The position numbers and the translations under genes are program-made. A stretch of DNA of 40,070 bases from Betaproteobacteria bacterium (GTDB taxonomy: Bacteria > Pseudomonadota > Gammaproteobacteria > Burkholderiales > SG8-39): NCBI GenBank assembly GCA_016189945.1, contig JACPRN010000048.1, positions 1 to 40,070 on the forward strand, given 5' to 3'. The notes under the pieces are model-generated. The model had not been told where the DNA came from. It was given only the letters and a program-made list of their open reading frames with translations, and ran no database searches. Below are positions 16,793 to 26,815 of this stretch, in pieces (within the stretch, counting starts at the first letter, position 1; each line of letters begins with the position of its first letter).

Positions 16793-17968
16793 CTACAGCG
16801 CCTCTGCAGTGGCGAGAACGGCGGTCGACTGGCTCGCTGCTGCGAGGCCCCCGTTGCCGTTTACGAGCGCGATTTTCGCCCCTTTCACCTGGCGCGCGCC
16901 GCATTCGCCGCGAAGCTGGCGCACCGCCTCGATAGTGGCAAAGCCGCTGTACATGTTCGGATGCACGCAGGAGAGGCCCCCACCGTTGGTGTTCACCGGC
17001 AACCGCCCGCCGGGGGCGATGGCGCCGTTCTCGACGAAAGGTCCGCCTTCGCCTTTGGCGCAGAAACCCAAGTCCTCCAGGGCGAGGATGGTGTTGATGG
17101 TGAAGGCGTCGTAGGTCTGAAACACATCGATATCCTCGGGACCGAGGCCGGCCATGGCGAAGGCCCGCTTGCCGGATTCCTGCGAGGGGGTCACGGTGAG
17201 GTCGTCCATCCCCAGTGCGCTGCGATGCCACACCGCGGTCGCGCTGCCGAGCACGTAGACCGGCTTCTTCGGCAGGTCCTTCGCCCGCTCGGCGCGCACC
17301 AGCACGAAGGCGCAGGCCCCGTCGGTCACCAGGCAGCAGTCGTACTTGGTGAAGGGATCGGAAATCATGCGCGCGCCGAGCACATCGTCGATCGAGAGGG
17401 GATCGCGCGCAAAGGCCTCGGGGTTCAACTGCGCCCAGGCTCGCGCGGCCACCGCGACCTCGGCAAGCTGCCGGCGCGTGGTCCCGTACTGGTGCATGTG
17501 GCGCGCGGCCATCAGCGCGTAGGAGGAAGGCGGATCGAAGGGCTCGTAAGGACCCTCGAAGGGCATGTGCTCGAGCAGATAGCGCGCGCGGCGCCGCTCC
17601 TTGCGGTTGATCGCCGAGGTGCGCTGGGTGCTGCCGTAGCAGACGAGCACCACGTCGCAGATGCCCGCGTCCAGCGCGAGCATCGAGGGCAGGATGTGGG
17701 CGGCGAAGGCCGAGCCGCCGATGTTGGTGCCCTCAGTGAACTTCGGCCTTACCTTCAAGTACTCGGCCACCTTGAGCGGCCAGGTCGCGGCATACAGGTT
17801 GGCGGTGCACAGGCCGTCCACGTCGCGCATGCGCAGTCCTGCGTCGTCGAGGGCGTGCTTGGCCGCCTGCGCCAGGATCTCGATTTCGCCGAAACCGTGC
17901 GCCTCGCCGCATCCTGCCGTGGCGACGCCGGCGACCGCGATCCTGGCGCGAAGATTACGCTCGTTCAT
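16793..17968 (-). CDS. Thiolase-like protein (SCP-x/Ltp type) lacking the nucleophilic Cys
   Basis: DCCLVTDGACA, YDAFTI, LEDLGFCAKGEGG, VNTNGGGLS, EAVRQLRGECGARQV. The nucleophile region reads TNIGGSA. ATG 17968. Confidence 0.88.
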   Translation of the reverse strand: MNERNLRARIAVAGVATAGCGEAHGFGEIEILAQAAKHALDDAGLRMRDVDGLCTANLYAATWPLKVAEYLKVRPKFTEGTNIGGSAFAAHILPSMLALDAGICDVVLVCYGSTQRTSAINRKERRRARYLLEHMPFEGPYEPFDPPSSYALMAARHMHQYGTTRRQLAEVAVAARAWAQLNPEAFARDPLSIDDVLGARMISDPFTKYDCCLVTDGACAFVLVRAERAKDLPKKPVYVLGSATAVWHRSALGMDDLTVTPSQESGKRAFAMAGLGPEDIDVFQTYDAFTINTILALEDLGFCAKGEGGPFVENGAIAPGGRLPVNTNGGGLSCVHPNMYSGFATIEAVRQLRGECGARQVKGAKIALVNGNGGLAAASQSTAVLATAEAL

Positions 17969-18237
17969 CAATCCCCCTTTCCCCCAAGGTGTCCATCGAT
18001 TTTCGATGCGCGTTGCGCGTCTCAGATGAGCGGCGCGCGCAGGCGCAAAAGGATACACGCATATGACGCCGGCGTGGGCGGCGCCCGAGTTCGCCTGCGG
18101 ACCCGCACCCCAAGTACTCACTTAAACCCCCCCGAGATGGGGGGATTTGCGGTATTCCGGCAGCGCGGCCGAAATGTGATAGTGTGCGCCGGTCTCCGGA
18201 TCCCCTCTTTTAGGAGACGACAGCGGGACGCGAAACC

Positions 18238-18639
18238 ATGAATGCAACTGAAAAGATCACGCTTGGACTTCCCGGGGTGGACCAGCAGCACTGGATCTTG
18301 GCCGACTGCCTCGCGTCAATAGAGCTTTCGGTCACCGAGAAGGGCAGGACCGTGGCGGTGAATGCCGCCCTCGATCGGCTGGTCGATCTGACCCGCCTGC
18401 ATTGCGCGGACGAGGAGCGCCTGATGCGGGTCCACGAATATCCCGAGCGCGACGAACATGCCGATGAGCATCGGCAACTGCTGACCTACATGGAGAAGCT
18501 GCGCAACCGGTCAATCAGCAACGAGGATTCGCTGTCGATGATGGTCTTCATTCAACATTGGCTGCGCGAGCACATCAGGACCGGGGACAGGCGCTACGCC
18601 GCGTACCTGGCGAACGCCGGCATCAAGACCACGGCATAG
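18238..18639 (+). CDS. Bacteriohemerythrin
   Basis: All di-iron ligand motifs present: DQQH, HCADEE, HADEH, WLREHIRTGD. Confidence 0.9.
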   Translation: MNATEKITLGLPGVDQQHWILADCLASIELSVTEKGRTVAVNAALDRLVDLTRLHCADEERLMRVHEYPERDEHADEHRQLLTYMEKLRNRSISNEDSLSMMVFIQHWLREHIRTGDRRYAAYLANAGIKTTA

Positions 18640-18646
18640 CGGACGT

Positions 18647-18677
18647 AAACGCAAAAGCCCCAGATCGACTGAGGCTT
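18647..18677 (-). terminator. Intrinsic terminator on the minus strand, downstream of doxX
   Basis: AAGCCTCAG-TCGAT-CTGGGGCTT followed by TTGCGTTT. It pairs fully (one G-U) only on the minus-strand RNA. Confidence 0.7.
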
Positions 18678-18831
18678 GGGGTGGTTCCACCGATGCGACC
18701 GCTGTCTTTACAGCGGGTATGAGGCTTGGCCTCCTGGGGATTCGGATGTGTCTGCGGCTTCCCTGTTCATTCGCCTCCGTGTGACGATTTCACGACTTAT
18801 ACCTATTAGACAAGCACGGGCCCTGCCGGGT

Positions 18832-19236
18832 TCATCCGCGCAAGAGCCAATTCGGCCGGCTCGGATCGAGGAGGAGAAGCGCCAGCAACCCGCCGATCAG
18901 GGACACGTTCTTCCAGAACAGGACGTATTGCATGAAGTCGATCCCGCCCTCCGGAGTCACGAACTTGCGGTGGTAGATGTAACTGGCGGGAACGAGAAAC
19001 GCGGCCCACACCAGGCACACCGCCCACACGTACAGGTTGGCAAGCAGGAGCGCGATGCCGACGGCCTTCATGACCAGAACGATGACCAGAGCGAGTCTCG
19101 ATGCGGGAATGCCGCGGCTTGCCATGCCCATCGCGGTCTGTTCGAAATGCGTCAAACTGTGCAGGCCCGCAGCGACCCAAATCCCGCAGGTCAGCACGCG
19201 CGCGGCGAGATATCCAAGCGCTTCCATTCCGATCAT
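18832..19236 (-). CDS. DoxX family membrane protein
   Basis: Four hydrophobic segments, AARVL, YHRKF and FWKNVSLIGGLL signature; SD GAGGA. Confidence 0.85.
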   Translation of the reverse strand: MIGMEALGYLAARVLTCGIWVAAGLHSLTHFEQTAMGMASRGIPASRLALVIVLVMKAVGIALLLANLYVWAVCLVWAAFLVPASYIYHRKFVTPEGGIDFMQYVLFWKNVSLIGGLLALLLLDPSRPNWLLRG

Positions 19237-19284
19237 CTTTTTCCTCTTTGTGTGGGCAACCGGGGGCGGCGCAGGCCGCCCGCC

Positions 19285-20682
<1,398 letters not shown>

Positions 20683-20699
20683 GCAATCCGCCCCTTTGG

Positions 20700-21815
20700 T
20701 TATGCCTTCTGGCGCCGCCGAGGGAAAACGTCCGGCCGCAGTTTCGGGTGGCAGGCGATCATGTTGGGCGCATAGGCTGTCTCGGCGCCCAGCTCCTCGG
20801 CCGCATGCCAGGCCCAGCGCGGATTCCACATCGCAGCGCGCCCGATCACGATCATGTCGGCCTTGCCCGAGGCGATGATCTCCTCGGCGTGTTTCGCTTC
20901 GGCGATCAGACCGACCGACATGGTCGGAATAACCGCTTCCCGGCGCACTTTCTCGCCGAACGGCACCTGGTAGCCGGGCGAAAGCGGGATTTTCTGGCGC
21001 GGGTCGAGGCCGCCGGAGGACACATCCATGTAATCGCACCCGAGCGCTTTCAGCTCGCGCGCAAAAACGACGGTTTCTTCCGGAGTCCAGCCCCCTTCCA
21101 CCCAGTCGGTTGCCGAGACGCGGATTCCCATCGGTTTGTCCGCCGGCCAGGCTGCACGCATGGCGGCAAAGAGCTCCAGCGGAAAGCGCATTCGGTTCGC
21201 GAGGCTGCCGCCGTATTCGTCGCCGCGCTGATTGCTGATCGGGGACAGGAACTGGTGCACGAGGTAGCCGTGGCCGCCGTGAAGCTCGACCAGATCATAG
21301 CCGATGCGCTCGGCGCGTTTCACCGCGGCGACCCAGTCGGCGATCAGTTCCTTGATTCTCCTCCGGCTGATCTCTTCGGGGACCGGCCAGCCGGGCGCGT
21401 AGGGGATCGTAGAAGGCGCCTCGGTCTTCCAGCCGCCGGCTTCGTTCGGCGCGAGCGGCCTGCCGCCCTGCGCCGGGGTTTGGGTCGAGCCCTTGCGGCC
21501 GGCGTGCGCAAGCTGCAGCCCGAGCTTGGCGACGCCGTAGCGCCGGCAGAAGTCGACCACGCGTTTCAGCGCCGCCTCGTTCTCGTCGCACCACAGGCCC
21601 GCGCATCCGGGACTGATGCGCCCGATCGGGTTGACGTCGGTCATTTCCGTCATCACCAGCGCCGCAGCGCCGAGGGAGAACGACCCCAGGTGCATCAGAT
21701 GCCAGTCGGTCGCCGAACCGTTCTCGGAGCTGTATTGGCACATCGGCGAGACCGCGATGCGATTGGGCAGTTCGAGGCCGCGAAGGGCGATGGGGGAAAA
21801 CAGAGCGCTTGGCAT
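20700..21815 (-). CDS. NADH:flavin oxidoreductase (Old Yellow Enzyme, YqjM/XenA class)
   Basis: NRIAVSPMCQYS, QLAHAGRK, HGGHGYLVHQFLSP, DEYGGSLANR. Start ATG 21815 (alternative 21821). Confidence 0.93.
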   Translation of the reverse strand: MPSALFSPIALRGLELPNRIAVSPMCQYSSENGSATDWHLMHLGSFSLGAAALVMTEMTDVNPIGRISPGCAGLWCDENEAALKRVVDFCRRYGVAKLGLQLAHAGRKGSTQTPAQGGRPLAPNEAGGWKTEAPSTIPYAPGWPVPEEISRRRIKELIADWVAAVKRAERIGYDLVELHGGHGYLVHQFLSPISNQRGDEYGGSLANRMRFPLELFAAMRAAWPADKPMGIRVSATDWVEGGWTPEETVVFARELKALGCDYMDVSSGGLDPRQKIPLSPGYQVPFGEKVRREAVIPTMSVGLIAEAKHAEEIIASGKADMIVIGRAAMWNPRWAWHAAEELGAETAYAPNMIACHPKLRPDVFPRRRQKA

Positions 21816-22154
21816 GTGCATTTGAAGTTGTTGTCAAATGGAATTATGCGGAACGCTCGACGCCGCCGGCAAAGGCCGGGCCGGATCGATCGCGGACCGG
21901 GGCCAATATTAACAGCATGAAGTCATCCCCATGCGCGATTCGGCGCCAAGGCATGCCTCATTCGAGCGCGCTTGCCCGCGCCTGTTCGCGGGCGCGCCCA
22001 ATCGCGCTCGCTTCACCTCGTGCGCTCCTCTAAACCGAGGACGAGTCCGAATCGGCGAGCGTGGTTTTGCCTTTATCGATCAGTCAAGGGCGAATTGGCA
22101 CCAATGTCTCGCGCCAGCGCTCCTCCGATCGACGCTGCAGGCCCTCGGCGCGGC

Positions 22155-22859
22155 CTACTTCGCCTGCTGCGACCTGCGATCGCCGTGCCGGTTGACGACC
22201 ACCCAGACGGCGACCGCGGGCTTGCGCCCAATGGTCCAGAGCCGGTGAGGGCTCCCGGCATCGAACGAAATCGAATCGCCCGGTCCCAACTCGAACTCAT
22301 CGAAGCCGATCCTCACGCCCAGGCGCCCGCTGATCATATAGGCGTACTCCTTGCCCCCATGGCGAATGAGCGAATCTTCGTCGCAGGAGGACGCGCCGAC
22401 GTCGTAGATGACGTTCAAGAACTCGACCTGCGTGTCCGGCATCGGCGTCAGCCGCTCCCAGCGCACGCCCGAGGCGAGCCTGATCGTCTTGCGGCCGCTT
22501 TTTCGCTGAACCGGACCCGGGCCGCCGGCGGGTGCGCCGGCGCTGCCGGTCTTTTTCGGGCGCGGTTCGCTGTGCTTAAACAGGTCGTCGAGCAGCAGCC
22601 CGAGTTCGTTCGAGAGCGCGTAGAGCGTGCCCACCGAGGGTTTCACCCGGCCCAATTCGATCTGCGACACGAGGCTGGGCGAAACCCGGATGCGGCGGGC
22701 CAGTTCGCGCAGCGCCAGTCCCGAGCGCATGCGCGCCAGGCGCAGCCGACCTCCGAGGCCGTTGGAGGCGACAGCCGGTTCACGGCGATTTGGGCCCGCG
22801 GCCGGGCCGCGGGAATTCAGGTTCGCGGGAGTTGCGCGCGGGCGCTTGCTTGTCGCCAT
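22155..22859 (-). CDS. XRE-family HTH regulator with C-terminal cupin domain
   Basis: LRELARRIRVSPSLVSQIELGRVKPSVGTL HTH; HGGKEYAY..GDSISFD..PH cupin. Confidence 0.92.
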   Translation of the reverse strand: MATSKRPRATPANLNSRGPAAGPNRREPAVASNGLGGRLRLARMRSGLALRELARRIRVSPSLVSQIELGRVKPSVGTLYALSNELGLLLDDLFKHSEPRPKKTGSAGAPAGGPGPVQRKSGRKTIRLASGVRWERLTPMPDTQVEFLNVIYDVGASSCDEDSLIRHGGKEYAYMISGRLGVRIGFDEFELGPGDSISFDAGSPHRLWTIGRKPAVAVWVVVNRHGDRRSQQAK

Positions 22860-22884
22860 GCCCGGCGATTATATAGACTGTTTG

Positions 22885-22929
22885 TTGACACTGCACAAGT
22901 TGCCGTGTAGTGTTTATTGTAACTATACA
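22885..22929 (+). promoter_or_regulatory. Sigma70 promoter of the bicupin operon with a possible operator
   Basis: TTGACA 22885-22890, 17 nt, TAGTGT 22908-22913. An imperfect inverted repeat TGTAGTGTT...AACTATACA (22906-22929) covers the -10. Confidence 0.6.
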
Positions 22930-22971
22930 GCGCCATCCCGGCGCGATCGGCGGCATGGAGGAGGGCAAAGC

Positions 22972-23892
22972 ATGCATCACGTGCGTCGCGCGCAGCAGAT
23001 CCGGCCCAAGCCCGCCTACGCGGGAACGAGCACGCGCTTTGCGCGCTGCGCGCTGGTCGACCGCTCGGTCGGATCGGTGCACATGGGGCTGGGGATGTGC
23101 GAGATGAAACCGGGCGGGCGGGTGGATACTCACGTGCATTCGTTCGAGGAGAGTTTCTACATCCTCGAAGGCGAGCCGACGCTGGTTCTGGACGGCCACG
23201 GACACCCGCTGCTGCCCGGCGCGTGCGGCCTGGTGCCGGTGGGCGTGCCGCACGCCTGGCTGGGGCCGGCCAACGGCGCGGCCAGGTGGATCGACATGAT
23301 GGCGCCGCAGCCGCGCGCGAAAGGCGAGGAGGACGACACGTTCTTTCTCGGCCCGCCGGCGCGGTTCCAGATGAACGATCTGGACATCCGCGATCCGCGC
23401 TCGCGCAACCTCTTCCGCATGGCCGAAAGCGATATCGTGCTCGACAACCTGAAGGCGGGCGCGCCCGTGAATGCGCCGACGGTGTCGGCCAGCATGGCCA
23501 CCGCGCTTCTCGCCTACAGCGGAATCGCGGTCAAGATGCTCGTCGACCGGCGCCTCGATGCGCAGTTGCATACCATGTTCATGGTCGAATACCAGCCCGG
23601 AGGGGTCGCGCAACCGCATGACCACCCGCTCGAGGAGTCCTACTACATCATGAACGGCGAGGTGGAAGCGGTCGGCGACGGCAAGCGCTACACGCTCAAG
23701 GCGGGCGATCTGTTCTGGACCGGCGTCGGCTGCGTGCACGCGTTCTACAACAGGAGCAAGGGCACGGTGCGCTGGCTGGAGACGCAGTCGCCGCAGCTCC
23801 CGGACCGGCACTCGTACCGATTCAGCCGCGATTGGGAATACCTCAAGCAGAAGCTCGCGGGGAAATCCCGACCCCGGCGCAAGAAGGGCTGA
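22972..23892 (+). CDS. Bicupin protein (two metal-type cupin domains), 306 aa
   Basis: HVHSFEESFY..PHAW and HDHPLEESYY..VHAF. ATG 22972 with SD GGAGGAGG. Confidence 0.85.
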   Translation: MHHVRRAQQIRPKPAYAGTSTRFARCALVDRSVGSVHMGLGMCEMKPGGRVDTHVHSFEESFYILEGEPTLVLDGHGHPLLPGACGLVPVGVPHAWLGPANGAARWIDMMAPQPRAKGEEDDTFFLGPPARFQMNDLDIRDPRSRNLFRMAESDIVLDNLKAGAPVNAPTVSASMATALLAYSGIAVKMLVDRRLDAQLHTMFMVEYQPGGVAQPHDHPLEESYYIMNGEVEAVGDGKRYTLKAGDLFWTGVGCVHAFYNRSKGTVRWLETQSPQLPDRHSYRFSRDWEYLKQKLAGKSRPRRKKG

Positions 23893-23959
23893 TCCGGCCG
23901 CCCGTCTCGTCGCGCAAATCGGCCGGTGACCTTCTGAACCGCAAGTGCGCGCGATTGAC

Positions 23960-25315
23960 ATGAGCGATCATCCGAGCCGGACACTCGCTGCCTTCGCAGC
24001 CAACCTGCGCTTCGAGGACATTCCGGAGCCGGTCCTGCGGCGCGCCGAAGACCTGCTGCTCGACTGGTTCGGCTCGGCGCTCGCAGGCAAGGGCGCTCGG
24101 GCCGTGGAGGCGATCGAGCGCTTTGGGCGCCGCATGGGTCCGAAGGAAGGGCCCTGCGAGATCCTGATTTCGCGGCGTCAAACCACGCCGCTGTTCGCCG
24201 CGTTGGTCAATGCGGCCTCATCGCATTTTGCCGAGCAGGACGACCTGCACAACGGCTCGGTGCTGCACGCGGGAACGGTGGTGTTTCCGGCGGCGCTCGC
24301 GGCGGCGCAAGACCTCGGGGCTTCCGGGCGAGAGCTGCTCACCGCGGCGGTGGCCGGATACGAGACGGGGATTCGCGTCGGCGAATCTCTCGGCCGCTCG
24401 CACTACAAGGTGTTTCATACCACCGGAACCGCGGGCACGCTCGCCGCGGCGGCCGCCAGCGGCCGCCTGCTCGCGCTCACGCCGGAACAGATGCTGCACG
24501 CAATCGGTTCCGCCGGAACGCAGGCAGCCGGCCTGTGGGAGTTCCTGCGCGACGGCGCCGATTCCAAGCAACTGCACACGGGCAAGGCGGCAGCCAACGG
24601 CTTGATCGCCGCGTATCTCGCCCGCGACGGTTTCACCGGCGCCAGGCGCATTCTCGAGGGCGAACAGGGAATGGCGGCCGGGATGTCCACCGACGCCGAT
24701 CCCGGAAAGCTCACCGACAGGTTGGGCGAGCGCTGGGCGCTGGCCGAGACCTCGTTCAAGTATCACGCGTCCTGCCGCCACACGCATCCGGCGGCCGACG
24801 CGCTGCTCCAAGTGATGGCGAAGCACGATCTGGCGCCCGAGCAGATCGCGCGCGTCACCGCGCATGTGCACCAGGGCGCGCTCGACGTGCTCGGCCCGGT
24901 GCTCGACCCGCGGAGCGTGCACCAGGCGAAGTTCTCCATGGGAACGGTGCTCGCCATGATCGCGCATTTTCGCCGCGCCGGAATGAAGGAGTTCGCCGAG
25001 CACTTCAGCGACCCGCGCATCGCCGAGTTCCGCGGCAAGGTGCGCATGGCGCTCGATCCGGAGGTCGACCAGGCCTATCCGCTGCGCTGGATCGGGAAAG
25101 TGAGCGTCCAGACCGCAGACGGGCGCGCGCTCGAAGCGCGGGTCGATGAGCCGAAGGGCGACCCCGGCAACACGCTCACGCGCGCGGAGCTCGAAGCAAA
25201 AGCGCTGAGGCTGGCCGAATTCAGCGGCGCGGCCACACCGCCCGAGATGCGTGCGGCGTTCGAACGCATCTGGAACATCTCGCGCAGCGCGAAGCTAGAG
25301 CGCCTGCTCGCCTGA
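23960..25315 (+). CDS. MmgE/PrpD family protein
   Basis: SHFAEQDDLH..LHAG, FHTTGT, KYHASCRHTHP, AKFS, PKGDPGN. Confidence 0.92.
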   Translation: MSDHPSRTLAAFAANLRFEDIPEPVLRRAEDLLLDWFGSALAGKGARAVEAIERFGRRMGPKEGPCEILISRRQTTPLFAALVNAASSHFAEQDDLHNGSVLHAGTVVFPAALAAAQDLGASGRELLTAAVAGYETGIRVGESLGRSHYKVFHTTGTAGTLAAAAASGRLLALTPEQMLHAIGSAGTQAAGLWEFLRDGADSKQLHTGKAAANGLIAAYLARDGFTGARRILEGEQGMAAGMSTDADPGKLTDRLGERWALAETSFKYHASCRHTHPAADALLQVMAKHDLAPEQIARVTAHVHQGALDVLGPVLDPRSVHQAKFSMGTVLAMIAHFRRAGMKEFAEHFSDPRIAEFRGKVRMALDPEVDQAYPLRWIGKVSVQTADGRALEARVDEPKGDPGNTLTRAELEAKALRLAEFSGAATPPEMRAAFERIWNISRSAKLERLLA

Positions 25316-25328
25316 GCTGGGAGTCGCC

Positions 25329-25799
25329 ATGCGAAAGCTCCTGCTGTTCGGCTTCTCGCACTTGCTCGCCGCTGCAATCGGGTTTGCCCTCGGAATCTAC
25401 GTTCTGCCGATCCTGACCGCCCCGCAGGCGCCCTCGCCGGCCGATGTGTCATCGCAGTCCGGAGAGGCGCTGTTCTCGGGCCAGTTTCGCCGCAACCTGA
25501 AGGACAGCGACTTCCTGCACTGGGGCGAAGGCAAGGTGACCGTCAGCCGCACGAGCATCGCGCTTCTGGGCAGGGTCGCGCCGGGACCGGACTACAAGCT
25601 CTACCTGTCGCCCGAGTTCGTGGAAACCGAGGCTGACTTCATGCGGCTGAAGCCGACAATGGTTCGCGTCGGCGACGTGAAGACTTTCGAGAACTTCATC
25701 GTGCCCGTGCCCGCCTCGATCGACCCGGCGCGATACACCACCGTGATCGTGTGGTGCGAATCCTTCAGTCAATTCATCACCGCAGCGGCCTATCGCTAG
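25329..25799 (+). CDS. DM13 domain-containing protein with N-terminal anchor
   Basis: HWGEGKV, APGPDYKLYL, VIVWCESFSQFI. Confidence 0.85.
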   Translation: MRKLLLFGFSHLLAAAIGFALGIYVLPILTAPQAPSPADVSSQSGEALFSGQFRRNLKDSDFLHWGEGKVTVSRTSIALLGRVAPGPDYKLYLSPEFVETEADFMRLKPTMVRVGDVKTFENFIVPVPASIDPARYTTVIVWCESFSQFITAAAYR

Positions 25800-25894
25800 G
25801 AAAGCGCGGTTCATCCTGCTCGCAGCGGCGATGGAAGGGGCGGTCGCCTTCTACGCGGTCCTCCACTGGTTCGCACCCTTTCGCTTCACCTGAG

Positions 25895-25918
25895 TTGCCC
25901 ACTTGCGCGGGTGGGCAA
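25895..25918. terminator. Hairpin between convergent genes (terminator- or REP-like)
   Basis: TTGCCCAC / GTGGGCAA 8-bp inverted repeat. Confidence 0.45.
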
Positions 25919-25984
25919 TCCGGCGCGGCTCGAGGCGCGTTGCGGCGCGGAGCGATTCTTCGCTCGCGGCCGCCGGAGCCGGCC

Positions 25985-26761
25985 CTACACCGCGCTCACG
26001 CCGCCGTCGACGGAGATGATCTGGCCGGTGATGTGGCGCGAAGCGTCCGAGGCGAGCAGAACCACCACGCCCTTCAGGTCCTGATCGTCGCCCAGGCGCG
26101 CAAGCGGCGTGCGTCTGATCAGCTCCTCGCCGATGATCTTCAGCGACGCATAGGTCATCTTCGAGGGGAAGAACCCCGGCGCGATGGCGTTCACGGTGAT
26201 GTTGTGCTCGCCCCATTCGCCGGCCAGGGAGCGGGTGAAGTTCATGATGCCCCCTTTGGTGGTGTTGTAGGCGAGCGTCTTCAGCATGCCGACGGGATTG
26301 CCCTTCAAGCCCGAAATCGACGACAGGTTGATGATCTTGCCGTAGCGGTTGGGGATCATCGAGCGCTTGCCCACCGCCTGGCTCACCAGGAACGTGCCGG
26401 TCAGGTTGAGGTTGACGATCTTCTGCCAGGCCTCCAGCGGATGGTCCTCCGCGGGCACACCCCAGGTGGCGCCGGCGTTGTTGACCAGGATGTCGATGCG
26501 CCCGTAATGCGCCAGGGCCTTTTCGACCATCGGCGGGACCTGCTCGGGCTGCGAGACGTCGCAAACGAGCGGCAGCGCCTCGACGTGCTGGCTGGCGAGT
26601 ACCGAGCGCGCCTGCTCCAGCTCGTCGGCCTTTCTCGCGCTGATGGCAAGCTTGGCACCCATCTCGCCCAGCGCTTCGGCGATTTGCAGGCCGAGGCCGC
26701 GCGAGCCTCCGGTGACCAGGGCGATCTTCCCGGTGAGGTCGAACAGTTTCTTCACGCTCAT
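25985..26761 (-). CDS. SDR family oxidoreductase (gluconate 5-dehydrogenase-like)
   Basis: TGGSRGLG, NNAG, catalytic YNTTK, NAIAPGFFP. Confidence 0.92.
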   Translation of the reverse strand: MSVKKLFDLTGKIALVTGGSRGLGLQIAEALGEMGAKLAISARKADELEQARSVLASQHVEALPLVCDVSQPEQVPPMVEKALAHYGRIDILVNNAGATWGVPAEDHPLEAWQKIVNLNLTGTFLVSQAVGKRSMIPNRYGKIINLSSISGLKGNPVGMLKTLAYNTTKGGIMNFTRSLAGEWGEHNITVNAIAPGFFPSKMTYASLKIIGEELIRRTPLARLGDDQDLKGVVVLLASDASRHITGQIISVDGGVSAV

Positions 26762-26815
26762 GGAATTTTCCTCCGGTACAAATTCAGCAATAGGTCCGCG
26801 GCATCCGCACTGAAG

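Noticed and set aside
18780-18794. CRP site (TGTGA-CGATT-TCACG)
   Set aside because: Spacer is 5 nt rather than 6; noted only as a palindrome.
21963-22010. Nested GC-rich inverted repeat as a REP/MITE element
   Set aside because: I found no second copy in the window, no target-site duplication and no transposase; compatible with chance in high-GC DNA.
23960-25315. 2-methylcitrate dehydratase prpD of propionate catabolism
   Set aside because: No prpB/prpC/acnD context; only a family-level call is supported.
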